From: an uncultured virus (IMG/VR IMGVR_UViG_2061766007_000832)
Lineage: Duplodnaviria; Heunggongvirae; Uroviricota; Caudoviricetes
Reading direction: 5' to 3' (one strand)
DNA: 64,000 nt
Virus record (IMG/VR): IMGVR_UViG_2061766007_000832
The position numbers and the translations under genes are program-made. This document shows, piece by piece, positions 63,271 through 64,000 of this stretch. A model generated the notes under the pieces. That model ran no database searches. It was given only the letters and a program-made list of their open reading frames with translations, and was not told where the DNA came from. How positions within the stretch are numbered: position 1 is the stretch's first letter; each line of letters starts with the position of its first letter.

Positions 63271-63446
63271 TCGCTTTCACCACCTTCCATCATGATCGCA
63301 ATCCGTTCATCAAATTCCTCGAGCCTGTCCGCAGCCTGGCGTACTGCTTCGATTCTGTCCTTTGTCAGCATCCCGCCGGCGGAAGCCATCAGACGCAGAC
63401 GGCGGATTAACTCGTTTGTATTGATTTGTGGTTTTACTTTGCTCAA
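63267..63446 (-). CDS. Small protein with ERIAIM motif
   Basis: AADRLEEFDERIAIMMEGG. Confidence 0.65.
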   Translation of the reverse strand: MSKVKPQINTNELIRRLRLMASAGGMLTKDRIEAVRQAADRLEEFDERIAIMMEGGESE

Positions 63447-63450
63447 TGTT

Positions 63451-64000
63451 TCATTCCACCTTTCTGATGTTTGTTTTATCGAACACAGCTGTACCGATGT
63501 GTCCAAGGTATATTGACGGGTCGCACAGAATCTTCTTGCCAAGTTGTTTTACCCTGTAGCAGAATGACATATCCTCGCTGGCCCACGGATATGGGCTGAA
63601 TGCAGGTCCGAACTTATCCCACACCTCCTTGAGCAGAGGCACTGATGTGAGTACGCATCCGAATCCGCAGCCTTCCACGTCGAATAAGGTGTCTGGTATA
63701 TCTGTCGTGGTTTGGATCTTCTTCTGCACCTGCCCGTCTTTCAGTTCCGGTTCCGAAATCGTTTTGTACAGCACAGGTGTGTGCGGTTCTTTGCGCATGT
63801 AGTAGACTCCGGTGAGCATGTCGTATGCTTGTGCTTCTGTGCAGAACTTTCCCTTCACAGTATGAAGCGATGATCTGAGAGTGTTCAGCATACTTGCGAG
63901 CGTGTCAGGGTTGAACACCATGTCACTGTCCAGCCACAGGACGTAATCGAAGTCCTGCTCGATTGCTGTCAGTGACAGTAAGTTACGAGCGTCATAGATC
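63451..64000 (-). CDS. GT-A fold (GT2-like) glycosyltransferase, 5' end outside the window
   Basis: IYDARNLL, YVLWLDSD, GCGFGCVL, SEDMSFC, LGHIG; paralogue of 42792-43436. Confidence 0.88.
   Translation of the reverse strand, partial: IYDARNLLSLTAIEQDFDYVLWLDSDMVFNPDTLASMLNTLRSSLHTVKGKFCTEAQAYDMLTGVYYMRKEPHTPVLYKTISEPELKDGQVQKKIQTTTDIPDTLFDVEGCGFGCVLTSVPLLKEVWDKFGPAFSPYPWASEDMSFCYRVKQLGKKILCDPSIYLGHIGTAVFDKTNIRKVE

Noticed and set aside
1..64000. Stop-codon reassignment, tRNA genes or introns
   Set aside because: Core genes are intact in the standard code, frame breaks coincide with N-gaps, and no cloverleaf or intron was recognised.
1..64000. Apparent abundance of TCCGGA/CCGGA
   Set aside because: An impression only; without counts against a codon-aware background it cannot be supported.

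Overview
The window is a gapped scaffold of a tailed, probably temperate phage of a Gram-positive (Clostridia-like) host. Several short N-gaps are flanked by near-duplicate strain variants. Layout: (i) 1-14.2 kb, lysogeny and early arm: tyrosine integrase, ImmA-like peptidase, repressor/Cro switch, RecT, replication initiator, methyltransferases and an ISL3-like transposase; (ii) 14.3-48.3 kb, minus-strand late arm: large terminase, portal, head, tail, fibres, GDPD, lysis genes and a post-lysis module of unknown function; (iii) 49.8-58.4 kb, a plus-strand island of about 25 small genes between the large and small terminase genes; (iv) 58.4-64 kb: HNH nuclease, serine recombinase, small terminase and a glycosyltransferase cluster. 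The strongest unexplained signal is a 17-nt RNA hairpin (AG-N, 4-bp stem, NRAY tetraloop, RG) present six times with compensatory base changes. Five copies overlap the 5' arm of intrinsic terminators in front of the terminase, portal, major tail, tail-fibre and lysis genes, and the sixth overlaps a hairpin that occludes a start codon. This looks like the cis element of an uncharacterised phage late-gene antitermination system. Also notable: a small antisense RNA matching the RBS of an upstream early gene, five glycosyl/glycerophosphotransferase genes (two inside the head and tail modules), a shared ACTAC/GTAGT promoter box, and a triple-hairpin leader on the scaffold gene. All family assignments come from motif recognition by eye; no database search was run.
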